A stretch of 64,000 nucleotides of DNA, taken from assembly GCA_038206915.1 (NCBI GenBank), contig JBBRAI010000012.1:1121-65120 (forward strand), written 5' to 3'. Source of the DNA: Burkholderiales bacterium. Its GTDB lineage: Bacteria; Pseudomonadota; Gammaproteobacteria; Burkholderiales; SG8-39. Of this stretch, positions 21,380 to 30,152 are shown one piece after another. The position numbers and the translations under genes were made by a program. Within the stretch, counting starts at the first letter, position 1. The number at the start of each line of letters is the position of its first letter. The notes beneath the pieces were generated by a model. The model was given only the letters and a program-made list of their open reading frames with translations. It ran no database searches and was not told where the DNA came from.

Positions 21380-22585
21380 TCAGTGCACCAGCTGGTTGAT
21401 CTCGATGATGGGCAGCAGGATCGCAAGCACGATCAGCAGCACCACGCCGCCCATCACCAGGATCATCACCGGCTCGAGCAGCGTCAGGAACACGGCCAGG
21501 CGCCGTTCCAGCGACTGGGATTCGAGCTGGGCCGCGCGCTGCAGCATCTGCTCCAGTTTTCCGCTGACCTCCCCGCTTGCCACCAGGTGCACCATCAGCG
21601 GCGGGAATACGCGCGTCGCGGCCAGCGCGCGCGCCAGGCTCTCGCCCTCGCGCACGCGCTCGGTCGCGCCTTCGATGGCGTCGCGCATCACCATGTTGGT
21701 CATCACGCGCGCGCCGGACCCGAGCGCCGAAAGCAGCGGCACGCCGCCGCCGACCAGGATCGCGAGCGTGCTGGCGAAACGCGACGTATTGACGCTGCGG
21801 ATCAGCGGCCCGAGCCAGGGCGCGCGCAGCAGCAGCGCATCCCAGCTGCGCCGGGGGCCGTCGCGGCGCAGCGCCAGGCGCAGCGCGACCACGCCGCCGA
21901 TCACGGCGATGGCGATGTAGGGCCAGGCCGCGCGCAGGAAGTTCGACAGCGCGATCAGCGCGCGCGTGAGCAGCGGCAGGCTCTGGCGCGACTGCTGGAA
22001 TACCTGCACGATCTGCGGCACCACGAACACCAGCAGGCCGGTGACGATGCTCACCGCGACCAGCGTGACCAGTATCGGGTAGAGCAGCGCGAGGCTGGTC
22101 TTCTGCTTCATTGCCTGGCGCGCGTCCAGGTAGTCGGCAAGATGCTGCAACACCGTCGGCAGCGCGCCGGATTCCTCGCCGCCGTGCACCAGCGCGCGGT
22201 AAAAATCGGGGAAGCTGCGGTCGTAGCTGCCGAGCGCGCCGGCTAGCGACAATCCGGAGGTGATTTCGGATTTGACCCCGCCGAGCACTTCGCGCGTAAG
22301 CGGCGCGGATACTTCCTCGATCAGCGCGTTGAGCGTCTGCTCCATGGTGAGCCCCGAGGCGAGCAGAGTCGCCATCTGGCGCGTCACCAGGCTCAACTCG
22401 TCCGAAGAAATGCCGCGCGCCCAGGACTGGCGTGCGCGGTCGCGCGCGCGCGTCAGGTCGATCGCCGAGGGCAGCAGGCCCTGCGCGCGCAGTTGCGCGC
22501 GCGCCTGGCGCGCCGTATCGGCCTGCACCACCCCCGATACCGTGCGCCCTGCGGCGTCCAGCGCTTCGTAGCGGAACGCTTCCAT
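21380..22585 (-). CDS. gspF: Type II secretion inner-membrane platform protein F
   Basis: FRYEALD..G, TRQMATLL.SG, GEESG.L, LLYP, GEVSG.L, LLEP. Confidence 0.92.
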   Translation of the reverse strand: MEAFRYEALDAAGRTVSGVVQADTARQARAQLRAQGLLPSAIDLTRARDRARQSWARGISSDELSLVTRQMATLLASGLTMEQTLNALIEEVSAPLTREVLGGVKSEITSGLSLAGALGSYDRSFPDFYRALVHGGEESGALPTVLQHLADYLDARQAMKQKTSLALLYPILVTLVAVSIVTGLLVFVVPQIVQVFQQSRQSLPLLTRALIALSNFLRAAWPYIAIAVIGGVVALRLALRRDGPRRSWDALLLRAPWLGPLIRSVNTSRFASTLAILVGGGVPLLSALGSGARVMTNMVMRDAIEGATERVREGESLARALAATRVFPPLMVHLVASGEVSGKLEQMLQRAAQLESQSLERRLAVFLTLLEPVMILVMGGVVLLIVLAILLPIIEINQLVH

Positions 22586-24054
22586 TATTCCCGCGTTACG
22601 CGCACTACTTCTTCGAGGCTGATCGCGCCCTCGGCGGCCCAGCGCATGCCGTCGTCACGCAGGGAACGCATGCCGTGCGCAAGCGCGTGCTCGCGCAGCG
22701 CCTGCTCGGAGGAGCGGTCGTGTATGAGCCGTCGCAGCGCATCGTCGACCGTCAGCAGTTCGTAAATTCCGGTGCGGCCGCGATAACCCGAATGGTTGCA
22801 GGCCGGGCAGCCCTGCGCGGTATAGAACGTCCCCGCCATGGGCGCGAAACCAAGCGCCTTCAGCTGCGCGCCGTCCGTCGCGAAAGGCTTGCGGCACTCG
22901 ACGCAAAGCCGTCGCACCAGGCGCTGCGCCACCACGCCGATCAGGCTGGTGGCAAGCAGGAACGGCTCCACGCCCATGTCGACCAGGCGCGTGACGGCGC
23001 TGACCGCATCGTTCGTATGCAGGGTGGCGAACACCAGATGGCCGGTCAGGCTCGCCTGCACCGCGATCTGCGCCGTTTCCAGGTCGCGGATTTCGCCGAT
23101 CATGACCACGTCGGGGTCCTGGCGCAGGATGGTGCGCAGCGCACGCGCGAAGCTCATGTCGATGCGCGCGTTGATCTGCGTCTGGCTGATGCCGTCGAGG
23201 TCGTACTCGATCGGATCCTCCACCGTCATGATGTTGAGCGCCTTAGGATCCAGTCGCGACAGCGCAGCGTACAGCGTGGTGGTCTTGCCCGACCCGGTCG
23301 GGCCGGTCACGAGCACGATGCCGTGCGGCGCGTTGATGAGCTTGTCCATGTATGCAAGCGTCGCGCCGTCCATGCCCAGGCGCGGCAGGTCCAGTCTGCC
23401 GGCCTGCTTGTCGAGCAGGCGCAGCACCACGCGCTCGCCGTGTCCGGTGGGAATGGTCGACACGCGCACGTCGATCGGCTTGCCCGCCACGCGCAGCGTG
23501 ATGCGCCCGTCCTGCGGCAGCCGCTTCTCGGCGATGTCGAGCTGCGCCATGATCTTGATGCGCGAAACGATCGAGTTGTGCAGCGCGCGCGCCGGCTCGA
23601 TCAGGTCGCGCAGGGTGCCGTCGATGCGCAGCCGCACCACCGATCGCGTTTCGAACGGCTCGATGTGGATGTCCGAGGCGCCGTCGCGCAGCGCCTGGGT
23701 GAACAGCGCGTTGATCAGGCGGATCAGCGGCGCGTCGTTCTGGCTTTCCAGCAGGTCCTCGATCTTGGGGATGTCCTGCAGCAGCCGCGACAGGTCGAAA
23801 TCCTGCGCCAGGTCGTCGGCCAGCGCCGCGGCGCCGGCATCGGCTGCGTTGTACAGGCTGGAGATCAGCTCGTCGAATTCCTCGGCGCCGATGCGCCGCG
23901 CCTGCAGCGGCATGCCCAGCGTGCGCCGCAGCTCCGCAAGCGCGCCGGCGCTGGCGCCGCTGCGCACGGCCACCTGCGCCATGCCGTCGTCCAGATCGGT
24001 GACGACTACGCCTTTGGCCTTGGCGAAGGCGTAGGGTACAACCGGTTTGATCAT
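22585..24054 (-). CDS. gspE: Type II secretion ATPase E
   Basis: ASDIHIEP, RLPQDGR, GPTGSGKTT, LRQDPD, tetra-Cys motif. Confidence 0.93.
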   Translation of the reverse strand: MIKPVVPYAFAKAKGVVVTDLDDGMAQVAVRSGASAGALAELRRTLGMPLQARRIGAEEFDELISSLYNAADAGAAALADDLAQDFDLSRLLQDIPKIEDLLESQNDAPLIRLINALFTQALRDGASDIHIEPFETRSVVRLRIDGTLRDLIEPARALHNSIVSRIKIMAQLDIAEKRLPQDGRITLRVAGKPIDVRVSTIPTGHGERVVLRLLDKQAGRLDLPRLGMDGATLAYMDKLINAPHGIVLVTGPTGSGKTTTLYAALSRLDPKALNIMTVEDPIEYDLDGISQTQINARIDMSFARALRTILRQDPDVVMIGEIRDLETAQIAVQASLTGHLVFATLHTNDAVSAVTRLVDMGVEPFLLATSLIGVVAQRLVRRLCVECRKPFATDGAQLKALGFAPMAGTFYTAQGCPACNHSGYRGRTGIYELLTVDDALRRLIHDRSSEQALREHALAHGMRSLRDDGMRWAAEGAISLEEVVRVTRE

Positions 24055-26108
24055 TGTGTCGCGGCAGGCTTGTCCGCAGCGGGCGCGGGCGCGCTTTCGC
24101 GCGGCGGCAGGCTCGGCGTTCCGAAATCAGGCAGCGGACTGGGCAGGGGCTTGGCCTTGCGCTGCTCGCCGAGTATGTAATCGTAGCGATCATTGCTGAG
24201 CGAGCCAGCGGACTCGGCGCTGCGCAGCAGCGTCGGCTTCAGGAACACCATCAGGTTGGTCTTGCTGCGCGTGCGCGTGTTGTATCGGAACAGTCCGCCC
24301 AATAGCGGAAGGTCGCCCAGCCCTGGTATTTTTTCCACACCATCCTTGAACGAGTCTTCGATCAGGCCGCCGATCACCACGATCTGGCCATCGTCGACCA
24401 GCACGGTCGAATCGACCGAGCGCTTCTTGGTGATGATGCCCGACGGGCTGGTCGAATCCACGCTGGACACTTCCTGCGAAATCTGCAGGCGCACCGCCCC
24501 GCCCTCGGAGATCTGCGGCTTGATCTTGAGCGTGAGGCCTACGTCCTTGCGCTCTATGGTCTGGAACGGCGTCGGCGTCGTCGCAGCTGCGGACACGGCG
24601 TACTGGCCGGTGATGAACGGGACGTTCTGGCCGATCACGATCTTCGCCTCCTCGTTGTCGAGGGTCAGCAGCGTCGGCGTCGACAGGATGTTCGCGTTGG
24701 AGTCCGCCTGCAGCGCGCGCACCAGCAGTCCGAGATTCAGGATCTGCGCGCCCACGCCCGGTATCGTGATCGAGCCTTTCACCACGCCGACGTTCAGGCC
24801 GTGTCCGACCCCGGCCGGATTCTGCGCGGTCGCGATGATGTTCTGGCCGGAGGTGCCGAAATTGGTGCCGCCAAAACCGCTCAGATTGGTCTGTCCAAGC
24901 CCGGTCAGGTCCTGCCACTGGATGCCGAACTCGGCCGCCTTGTCCGCACTGACCTCGGCGATCAGCGCTTCCACGTATACCTGCGCGCGGCGCACGTCGA
25001 GTTTTTCCACCGCGGCGCGAAGATTGTTGTAGATCGCGTCGGGCGCGGTGATGATGATCGAATTGGTCGCCGCGTCGGCCTGGATGATGCCGGTCCTGGA
25101 TGCGGCGAACTGCGCCTGCACCGGCGCCTGCCCCAGCGGCGATGCGGGTGCCGCCGCCGGCGTCGCGCCGGCGCTGGCTTCACCGGAGTAGATCGAGCGC
25201 AACACCTCCGCCAGCTTCACCGCCTGCGCGTTCTTCAGATAGATCACGTGAATATTGCCGCCGGCGCTGGTGGGCGAATCGAGCATCGCGACCAGTTCGC
25301 GCACCCGCCGCAGGCGCGCGGGATCGCCGGCGCGGGCGAGTATGCTGTTCGAGCGCGCGTCCGCGGCAACGGTGAAGCGGCCGGTCGAATCGCCCGCCTG
25401 CGCCGGCTCGGTCAGCAGGCGGGAAACGGTCTGCGCGACGTCGACCGCCGATGCGTGCTGCAGCGGAATCATGACCGAATCGCCGTCGGTGGGTTGATCG
25501 ATCGACTGGACAATCTTCTCGATGCGCTGCAGATTGCTCGCGTAGTCCGTCACCACCAGCGTGTTGTTGCCTGGATAAGCCGTGATGCTGTTGTTCGGGC
25601 TGATCAGAGGCCGCAGCACCGCGACCAGTTGCGCCGCCGATTCGTGTTGCAACTTGAACACCTGGGTTTGGATCGTGTCACCGCCAACACGCAGGCGTTC
25701 CTGCGGCCCGGCCGTTGGGCTGCGGTGCATCTTGGCCTCGATTTCCGGGACGATCATGACCATGCCGCGTTCTTCGACCGCGGCAAATCCCTGCAGGCGC
25801 AGCGCCGACAGGAACACCTGGTACACCAGCGCGCGCGACATGGGCTTGGCCGAGACGATGTTGACCGTGCCTTTTACGCGTGGATCGAGCACGAAATTCT
25901 TCCCGGTAATTTCGCTCACCGCCTTGACCACGCCCTCGATGTCGGCGTTGACGAAGTTGAGCGTGACCATGTCCGGCCCGCTGGGGCGCGCAGCCGGGGC
26001 GGCGCCCGCGATGCCGGCAGGCGGCGGCTGGTCGGCAGGCCACGCCAGGCCGCTCGACGCGGCAATGGCCAGTGACAGGAATCCCGTTCTTAACCAATAG
26101 TGCTTCAT
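24051..26108 (-). CDS. gspD: Type II secretion secretin D
   Basis: LNFVNADI, LDPRVKG, RAQVYVEALIAEV, IPGLGDLP.LG.LFR. Confidence 0.93.
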   Translation of the reverse strand: MKHYWLRTGFLSLAIAASSGLAWPADQPPPAGIAGAAPAARPSGPDMVTLNFVNADIEGVVKAVSEITGKNFVLDPRVKGTVNIVSAKPMSRALVYQVFLSALRLQGFAAVEERGMVMIVPEIEAKMHRSPTAGPQERLRVGGDTIQTQVFKLQHESAAQLVAVLRPLISPNNSITAYPGNNTLVVTDYASNLQRIEKIVQSIDQPTDGDSVMIPLQHASAVDVAQTVSRLLTEPAQAGDSTGRFTVAADARSNSILARAGDPARLRRVRELVAMLDSPTSAGGNIHVIYLKNAQAVKLAEVLRSIYSGEASAGATPAAAPASPLGQAPVQAQFAASRTGIIQADAATNSIIITAPDAIYNNLRAAVEKLDVRRAQVYVEALIAEVSADKAAEFGIQWQDLTGLGQTNLSGFGGTNFGTSGQNIIATAQNPAGVGHGLNVGVVKGSITIPGVGAQILNLGLLVRALQADSNANILSTPTLLTLDNEEAKIVIGQNVPFITGQYAVSAAATTPTPFQTIERKDVGLTLKIKPQISEGGAVRLQISQEVSSVDSTSPSGIITKKRSVDSTVLVDDGQIVVIGGLIEDSFKDGVEKIPGLGDLPLLGGLFRYNTRTRSKTNLMVFLKPTLLRSAESAGSLSNDRYDYILGEQRKAKPLPSPLPDFGTPSLPPRESAPAPAADKPAATQ

Positions 26109-26167
26109 AGTCGATCCTCGGACGCGCCGTGTATATGCGATGGCAATTTGGTTGAATTCATTGCGGT

Positions 26168-26737
26168 CTATTCGTCCGCGTTCCGGCCGCGCCTGCCCGA
26201 TGCGACTTGCTGGGCGGCTGCCTGGGCGGCCTGCGCGGCCTGCGCGGCTTGCGGGCCAGCGGATGCCGCAGCCTGCGGAGAACTCGGAGCGGATCCAGGC
26301 CTGAGCGGCCAGGTAAGCGTTTCACGCACGCCGTTGCGCTCGAGGATGACGTGATCCGAGTGCACTCCGGCCAGTCGAATGCCCGGCGCGACGTCCTCGC
26401 TTTCGTGCACCGCCAGAATCTGTTTGCCCTCGAGCTGCAACACGGCGTAGCCGCGCCGGCCGCCCGACGCGGCCACCACGCCGAGCAGCTTGATCGCGAT
26501 ACCCGTGGGCGCGGCAGCCGCCTGCGTGCGCGGAACATTGCCGAAGATCGCGCCGGCGGAAGCCACGCTGGCACTTTGCACTGCACTCGTTTCGATGCGC
26601 GGCTCCGCACGCGGGGCGAACCAGGCCCAGGTCCAGTACGCGAGCACCGCGCCGAGCAGCGCGACCGCGACCAGAGTCAAAGTGAATACGAAAACCGTTT
26701 GCGCAAGATTCGGCCGACCAAACGGGAGCGCCTGCAT
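26168..26737 (-). CDS. gspC: Type II secretion protein C (no PDZ domain; Ala/Gln-rich tail)
   Basis: Single N-terminal TM, IKLLGVV..HR-like domain, DHVILERNG; lies upstream of gspD. Confidence 0.75.
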   Translation of the reverse strand: MQALPFGRPNLAQTVFVFTLTLVAVALLGAVLAYWTWAWFAPRAEPRIETSAVQSASVASAGAIFGNVPRTQAAAAPTGIAIKLLGVVAASGGRRGYAVLQLEGKQILAVHESEDVAPGIRLAGVHSDHVILERNGVRETLTWPLRPGSAPSSPQAAASAGPQAAQAAQAAQAAAQQVASGRRGRNADE

Positions 26738-26811
26738 TCGTGTTCAACCGCCATTCGCGCGCTGGAAACAGGTGGGCCGGGCGCAGTAATCGGCCGGGGA
26801 CGTCAGTGGCG

Positions 26812-26878
26812 GCATTATATAATGGAATCCTCGATTTTCGAGGCAGCGAATGCGCCTGTCGAAGCATTATATAATGGA
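26812..26878. promoter_or_regulatory. Two identical GCATTATATAATGGA boxes (palindromic core) in the gspC/gspG divergent intergenic region
   Basis: Exact 15-bp copies at 26812-26826 and 26864-26878. The core CATTATATAATG is self-complementary and contains TATAAT on both strands. Confidence 0.6.
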
Positions 26879-26932
26879 CACCTTCGCTTCCGCGCCGCGG
26901 AAATGCGAATTGTTAACAAAGGTGGTCGGGCG

Positions 26933-27367
26933 ATGCTGATCGGGGTTCGCGGGCAACGTGGGTTCACTTTGCTCGAGATAATGGTGGTCATCGTCATACT
27001 CGGCATCCTCGCCGCCCTGATCGTACCGAAGATCATCAGCCGCCCGGATGAGGCGCGGGTAATCGCCGCAAAGCAGGATATCGCCAGCCTGATGCAGGCG
27101 CTCAAGCTCTACCGCCTGGACAATCAGCGCTATCCGACTACCGAGCAGGGATTGCAGGCGCTGATGGTCAAGCCGACCACCGCGCCGATCCCGCAGAACT
27201 GGAAACCGGGCGGATATATAGAGCGCCTGCCGAAGGACCCCTGGGGCAGCCTCTACCAGTACCTCAGTCCGGGAGTGCGCGGCGAAATCGACGTATTCAG
27301 CTATGGCGCCGACGGGGCGCCCGGCGGCGAGGGTAACGACGCTGACATCGGCTCCTGGAATCTTTAG
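26933..27367 (+). CDS. gspG: Major pseudopilin G
   Basis: [38 protein letters not shown]. The start could instead be 26903. Confidence 0.93.
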   Translation: MLIGVRGQRGFTLLEIMVVIVILGILAALIVPKIISRPDEARVIAAKQDIASLMQALKLYRLDNQRYPTTEQGLQALMVKPTTAPIPQNWKPGGYIERLPKDPWGSLYQYLSPGVRGEIDVFSYGADGAPGGEGNDADIGSWNL

Positions 27368-27379
27368 GTCGCCAAATAA

Positions 27380-27901
27380 ATGGATTGCGTGAAAATCTCG
27401 GGGCCGAACCGGGGCTTCACGCTCATCGAGATGCTGGTGGTGTTGATGATCATGGGCCTGTTCATCGGCCTGGTCAGCACCATTACCCAGCCGGACGAGC
27501 GCACCGTTCTGCAGCTTGAAGCGGAGCGGCTGTCGCAGCTGCTGGATTTCGCCGCCACCGAAGCGCAGCTCACCGGAAAACGCATTGCCTGGACCGCCGA
27601 CGATTCCGGTTACCGCTTCTGGCGCGCCGCGGAGGACGGCAGCTGGAGCGAAATCCGCGACAACGAACTGCTGCGCGCGCGCGCCCTGCCTCAGGGCGTG
27701 GCGGTTTCCGGTTTTCGCGTCGAGAACATGCGGCCGCAGGGCTCGATGCGCCTGGAGTTCACCCCGCAGAGCTCGCCGCTGGCTTTTCGCATCGGCATGT
27801 CGCTCGGCGCCGCGCGTTATACCGTGACCGGATCGCCGGTCGGGATCGTGCGCGTGCTGCCGGGTGAAGGATTGGACAATGGCCAAGTGGCGCTGCGCTA
27901 A
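27380..27901 (+). CDS. gspH: Minor pseudopilin H
   Basis: G|FTLIEMLVV; position after gspG. Confidence 0.85.
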   Translation: MDCVKISGPNRGFTLIEMLVVLMIMGLFIGLVSTITQPDERTVLQLEAERLSQLLDFAATEAQLTGKRIAWTADDSGYRFWRAAEDGSWSEIRDNELLRARALPQGVAVSGFRVENMRPQGSMRLEFTPQSSPLAFRIGMSLGAARYTVTGSPVGIVRVLPGEGLDNGQVALR

Positions 27902-28277
27902 AGGCAAAGGCTTCACGCTGGTCGAAGTGCTGGTCGCGCTAGCGATCATCTCGATCGCGCTGATGTCGGCGCTGCGCGCGGCCGGTCAGGGAACGAACAA
28001 CGTCGGGGAGCTGCGCGCGCGCCTGCTCGCCGGCTGGGTTGCCGAAAACCTCCTGGCCGAGCATCGTGCGCGCGCCGACTGGCTGCCTCTGGGCTTCCAG
28101 CGCGGCAGCGCGCACGAGGGCGGACTCGACTTCGCCTGGCGCGAGGAGGTCATCGCGACGCCGAACGCGGCCTTCCGCCGTGTCGAGGTGCGCGTGTTCG
28201 CAAACGCCGACGAAGCGCATTCGCTCGCACACCTCGCCGGTTTCATCGTCAATCCGCCGCCGGGCTCGCGCCGATGA
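27879..28277 (+). CDS. gspI: Minor pseudopilin I
   Basis: G|FTLVEVLVALAI, WVAEN, FRRVEVRV. Confidence 0.87.
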   Translation: MAKWRCAKGKGFTLVEVLVALAIISIALMSALRAAGQGTNNVGELRARLLAGWVAENLLAEHRARADWLPLGFQRGSAHEGGLDFAWREEVIATPNAAFRRVEVRVFANADEAHSLAHLAGFIVNPPPGSRR

Positions 28278-28858
28278 AGCCGGCGCGCGGTTTTACCCTG
28301 ATCGAAGTCATGACCGCATTGCTGGTGCTGTCGCTGCTCGCGCTGATGTCCTACCGCGGACTGGGCGCGGTGCTCGACGCGCGCGAGCACGTCAAGCATG
28401 AAACCGACAAATGGCGCAGCGTGGCCGCCTTTTTTGCGCGCTTCGAGCGCGACGTGGAACTCGCGGCGCCGCGGCCGGTGCGCAGCGCCACCGGGATCGC
28501 GCCGGCGTGGCTCGGCACAGCGTCCGGAACAGCGGCGCTGCGCCTCGAATTCAGCCGCTTCGCCTCCAACGCCGGGGTCGACACGGCGCGCCGCATCGGC
28601 TACCGCCTGAACGACAAGGACGAGGTCGAACTCTGGCTGTGGCCGGGGCTGGACGTCGCGCCCGACGCGCAGCCCGCGCGCTACGCCGTACTGACCGGGG
28701 TCAAGACCTTCGAGCTGCAATACCTCAATCCGGCACTCGCATGGGTCGACGCCTGGCCAAGCTCACCGACCGACCAGCCGATTCCGCGCGCGGTGCGCCT
28801 GCGCATCGTGCTCGCCTCGAACGAGGAAATCGTGCGCGTGTTCGCGCTGCAGTCATGA
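28274..28858 (+). CDS. gspJ: Minor pseudopilin J
   Basis: G|FTLIEVM, W...WP, PRAVR. Confidence 0.87.
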   Translation: MKPARGFTLIEVMTALLVLSLLALMSYRGLGAVLDAREHVKHETDKWRSVAAFFARFERDVELAAPRPVRSATGIAPAWLGTASGTAALRLEFSRFASNAGVDTARRIGYRLNDKDEVELWLWPGLDVAPDAQPARYAVLTGVKTFELQYLNPALAWVDAWPSSPTDQPIPRAVRLRIVLASNEEIVRVFALQS

Positions 28859-28932
28859 GCCCGACGCGCCGCCCCGAGGGCCGCATTTTCGATTCGGCCT
28901 TGGCGCGAAGCGACAAGGTAATCCAATGAGCC
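28855..28932 (+). repeat. 71-bp insert bounded by ATGAGCC direct repeats; encodes the 24-aa peptide MSPTRRPEGRIFDSALARSDKVIQ
   Basis: ATGAGCC at 28855-28861 and 28926-28932; the mini-ORF 28855-28929 overlaps the gspJ stop and the gspK start, each via ATGA. Confidence 0.55.
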
Positions 28933-29840
28933 GGCGCGAGCGCGGCGTCGCCATCGTCCTGGCCATGGGCGTGGTTGCGCTTGCCGCCATGGCCGCCGCG
29001 GCGATCATCGTGTCGCAAAGCACCTGGGCGCGCCAGGTTGAACTCACCACCGACCACATCCAGGCGCGTGCCGTGCTCCTCGCCGGGGCGGACTGGGCGC
29101 GCGCGCTGCTTTCCGATGACCGCCGCCTCGGCGATGTCGACCATCTGGGCGAACCCTGGGCGCTGAAGCTGCCGCCGCTTCCGGTCGAGAACGGCGAACT
29201 GGTGGGCCAGATCGAAGACCAGCAGGGCAGGTTCAATCTGAACAACCTGGTCGCGGACGGAAAGATAAACGTGACGCAGCTCGCGCATTTTCGCAATCTG
29301 CTGGCGACGCTGGGCCTGCCTGACGAGCTTGCCGGCGCGCTGGCGGACTGGATCGACGCCGACAGCCAGCCGCAGCCCGGCGACGGCGCCGAAGACGCCT
29401 ATTATCTGGCACTGGACCCGCCCTACGTCGCGGCCAATCGGCCGCTCGTCGACGTCGACGAACTTGCCCTGGTGCGCGGGTTTGACGACAACGTGCGTGC
29501 GCGCCTGCTGCCCTACGTGACGGCGCTGCCCGGCTTTACCGCGATAAACGTCAACACTGCAGCGGCGGAAGTGATTGCCGCGGCCATCGACGGGCTCGAC
29601 CTCGGCGGCGCGCAGCTGCTGGTGGCGCAGCGCGACCGCGCCTACTACCGCAGCGTTGGCGACTTCACGGTACGGCTTCCGCGCGGCGCGCAAGCGAGCG
29701 CGGCGGACATCAGCGTGGGCAGCGACTATTTCCTCGCGACGCTGCGCGTCACCATAGGCGGCGCGCAGGCGCGCGGCAAGGCGCTGCTTGCGCGCCGCGG
29801 ACAGGGCTGGCCGGATATCATATGGCGCAAGTATCTGTGA
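28926..29840 (+). CDS. gspK: Minor pseudopilin K
   Basis: RG|VAIVLAM, D.QGRFNLNNL, DWIDAD, INVNTA. Confidence 0.9.
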   Translation: MSRRERGVAIVLAMGVVALAAMAAAAIIVSQSTWARQVELTTDHIQARAVLLAGADWARALLSDDRRLGDVDHLGEPWALKLPPLPVENGELVGQIEDQQGRFNLNNLVADGKINVTQLAHFRNLLATLGLPDELAGALADWIDADSQPQPGDGAEDAYYLALDPPYVAANRPLVDVDELALVRGFDDNVRARLLPYVTALPGFTAINVNTAAAEVIAAAIDGLDLGGAQLLVAQRDRAYYRSVGDFTVRLPRGAQASAADISVGSDYFLATLRVTIGGAQARGKALLARRGQGWPDIIWRKYL

Positions 29841-29934
29841 ACGTCCGGCGCCGCAGCGTACTGCCGCCGCAGGGCCGGCCCGACGATTGCCTCAAATTCC
29901 GGGGCAGGATACATTTTGCGGCGGGGCAATGTAG

Positions 29935-30092
29935 GAACCCATTTCAAAATGGGTTGTCATTCCGAGGGCGTCCCCCAGGGGGACTTCCTTCGGGGCGCAG
30001 CCCGAGGAATCTGCTTCTTGGCTGATCCAAAAGCAGATTTCTCGCTTCGCTCGAAATGACAATTCCTGGATGAGGCATTTTGAAATCAGTTC
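29935..30092. mobile_element. MITE-like element with 17-bp terminal inverted repeats enclosing a nested palindromic REP-like core
   Basis: GAACCCATTTCAAAATG (29935-29951) versus CATTTTGAAATCAGTTC (30076-30092), 15/17 complementary; inner stems TTGTCATTCCGAG/CTCGAAATGACAA and CGAGGAATCTGCTT/AAGCAGATTTCTCG. Confidence 0.65.
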
Positions 30093-30152
30093 TAAGGTAG
30101 TACGGGGGAGCATATCCCCGTTTTGAAACAGACCATCAATCAGGGTTAAGTC

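Noticed and set aside
29935..30092. CRISPR array or known riboswitch
   Set aside because: The structure is nested inverted repeats, not direct repeats with spacers; there are no cas genes and I recognised no riboswitch consensus.
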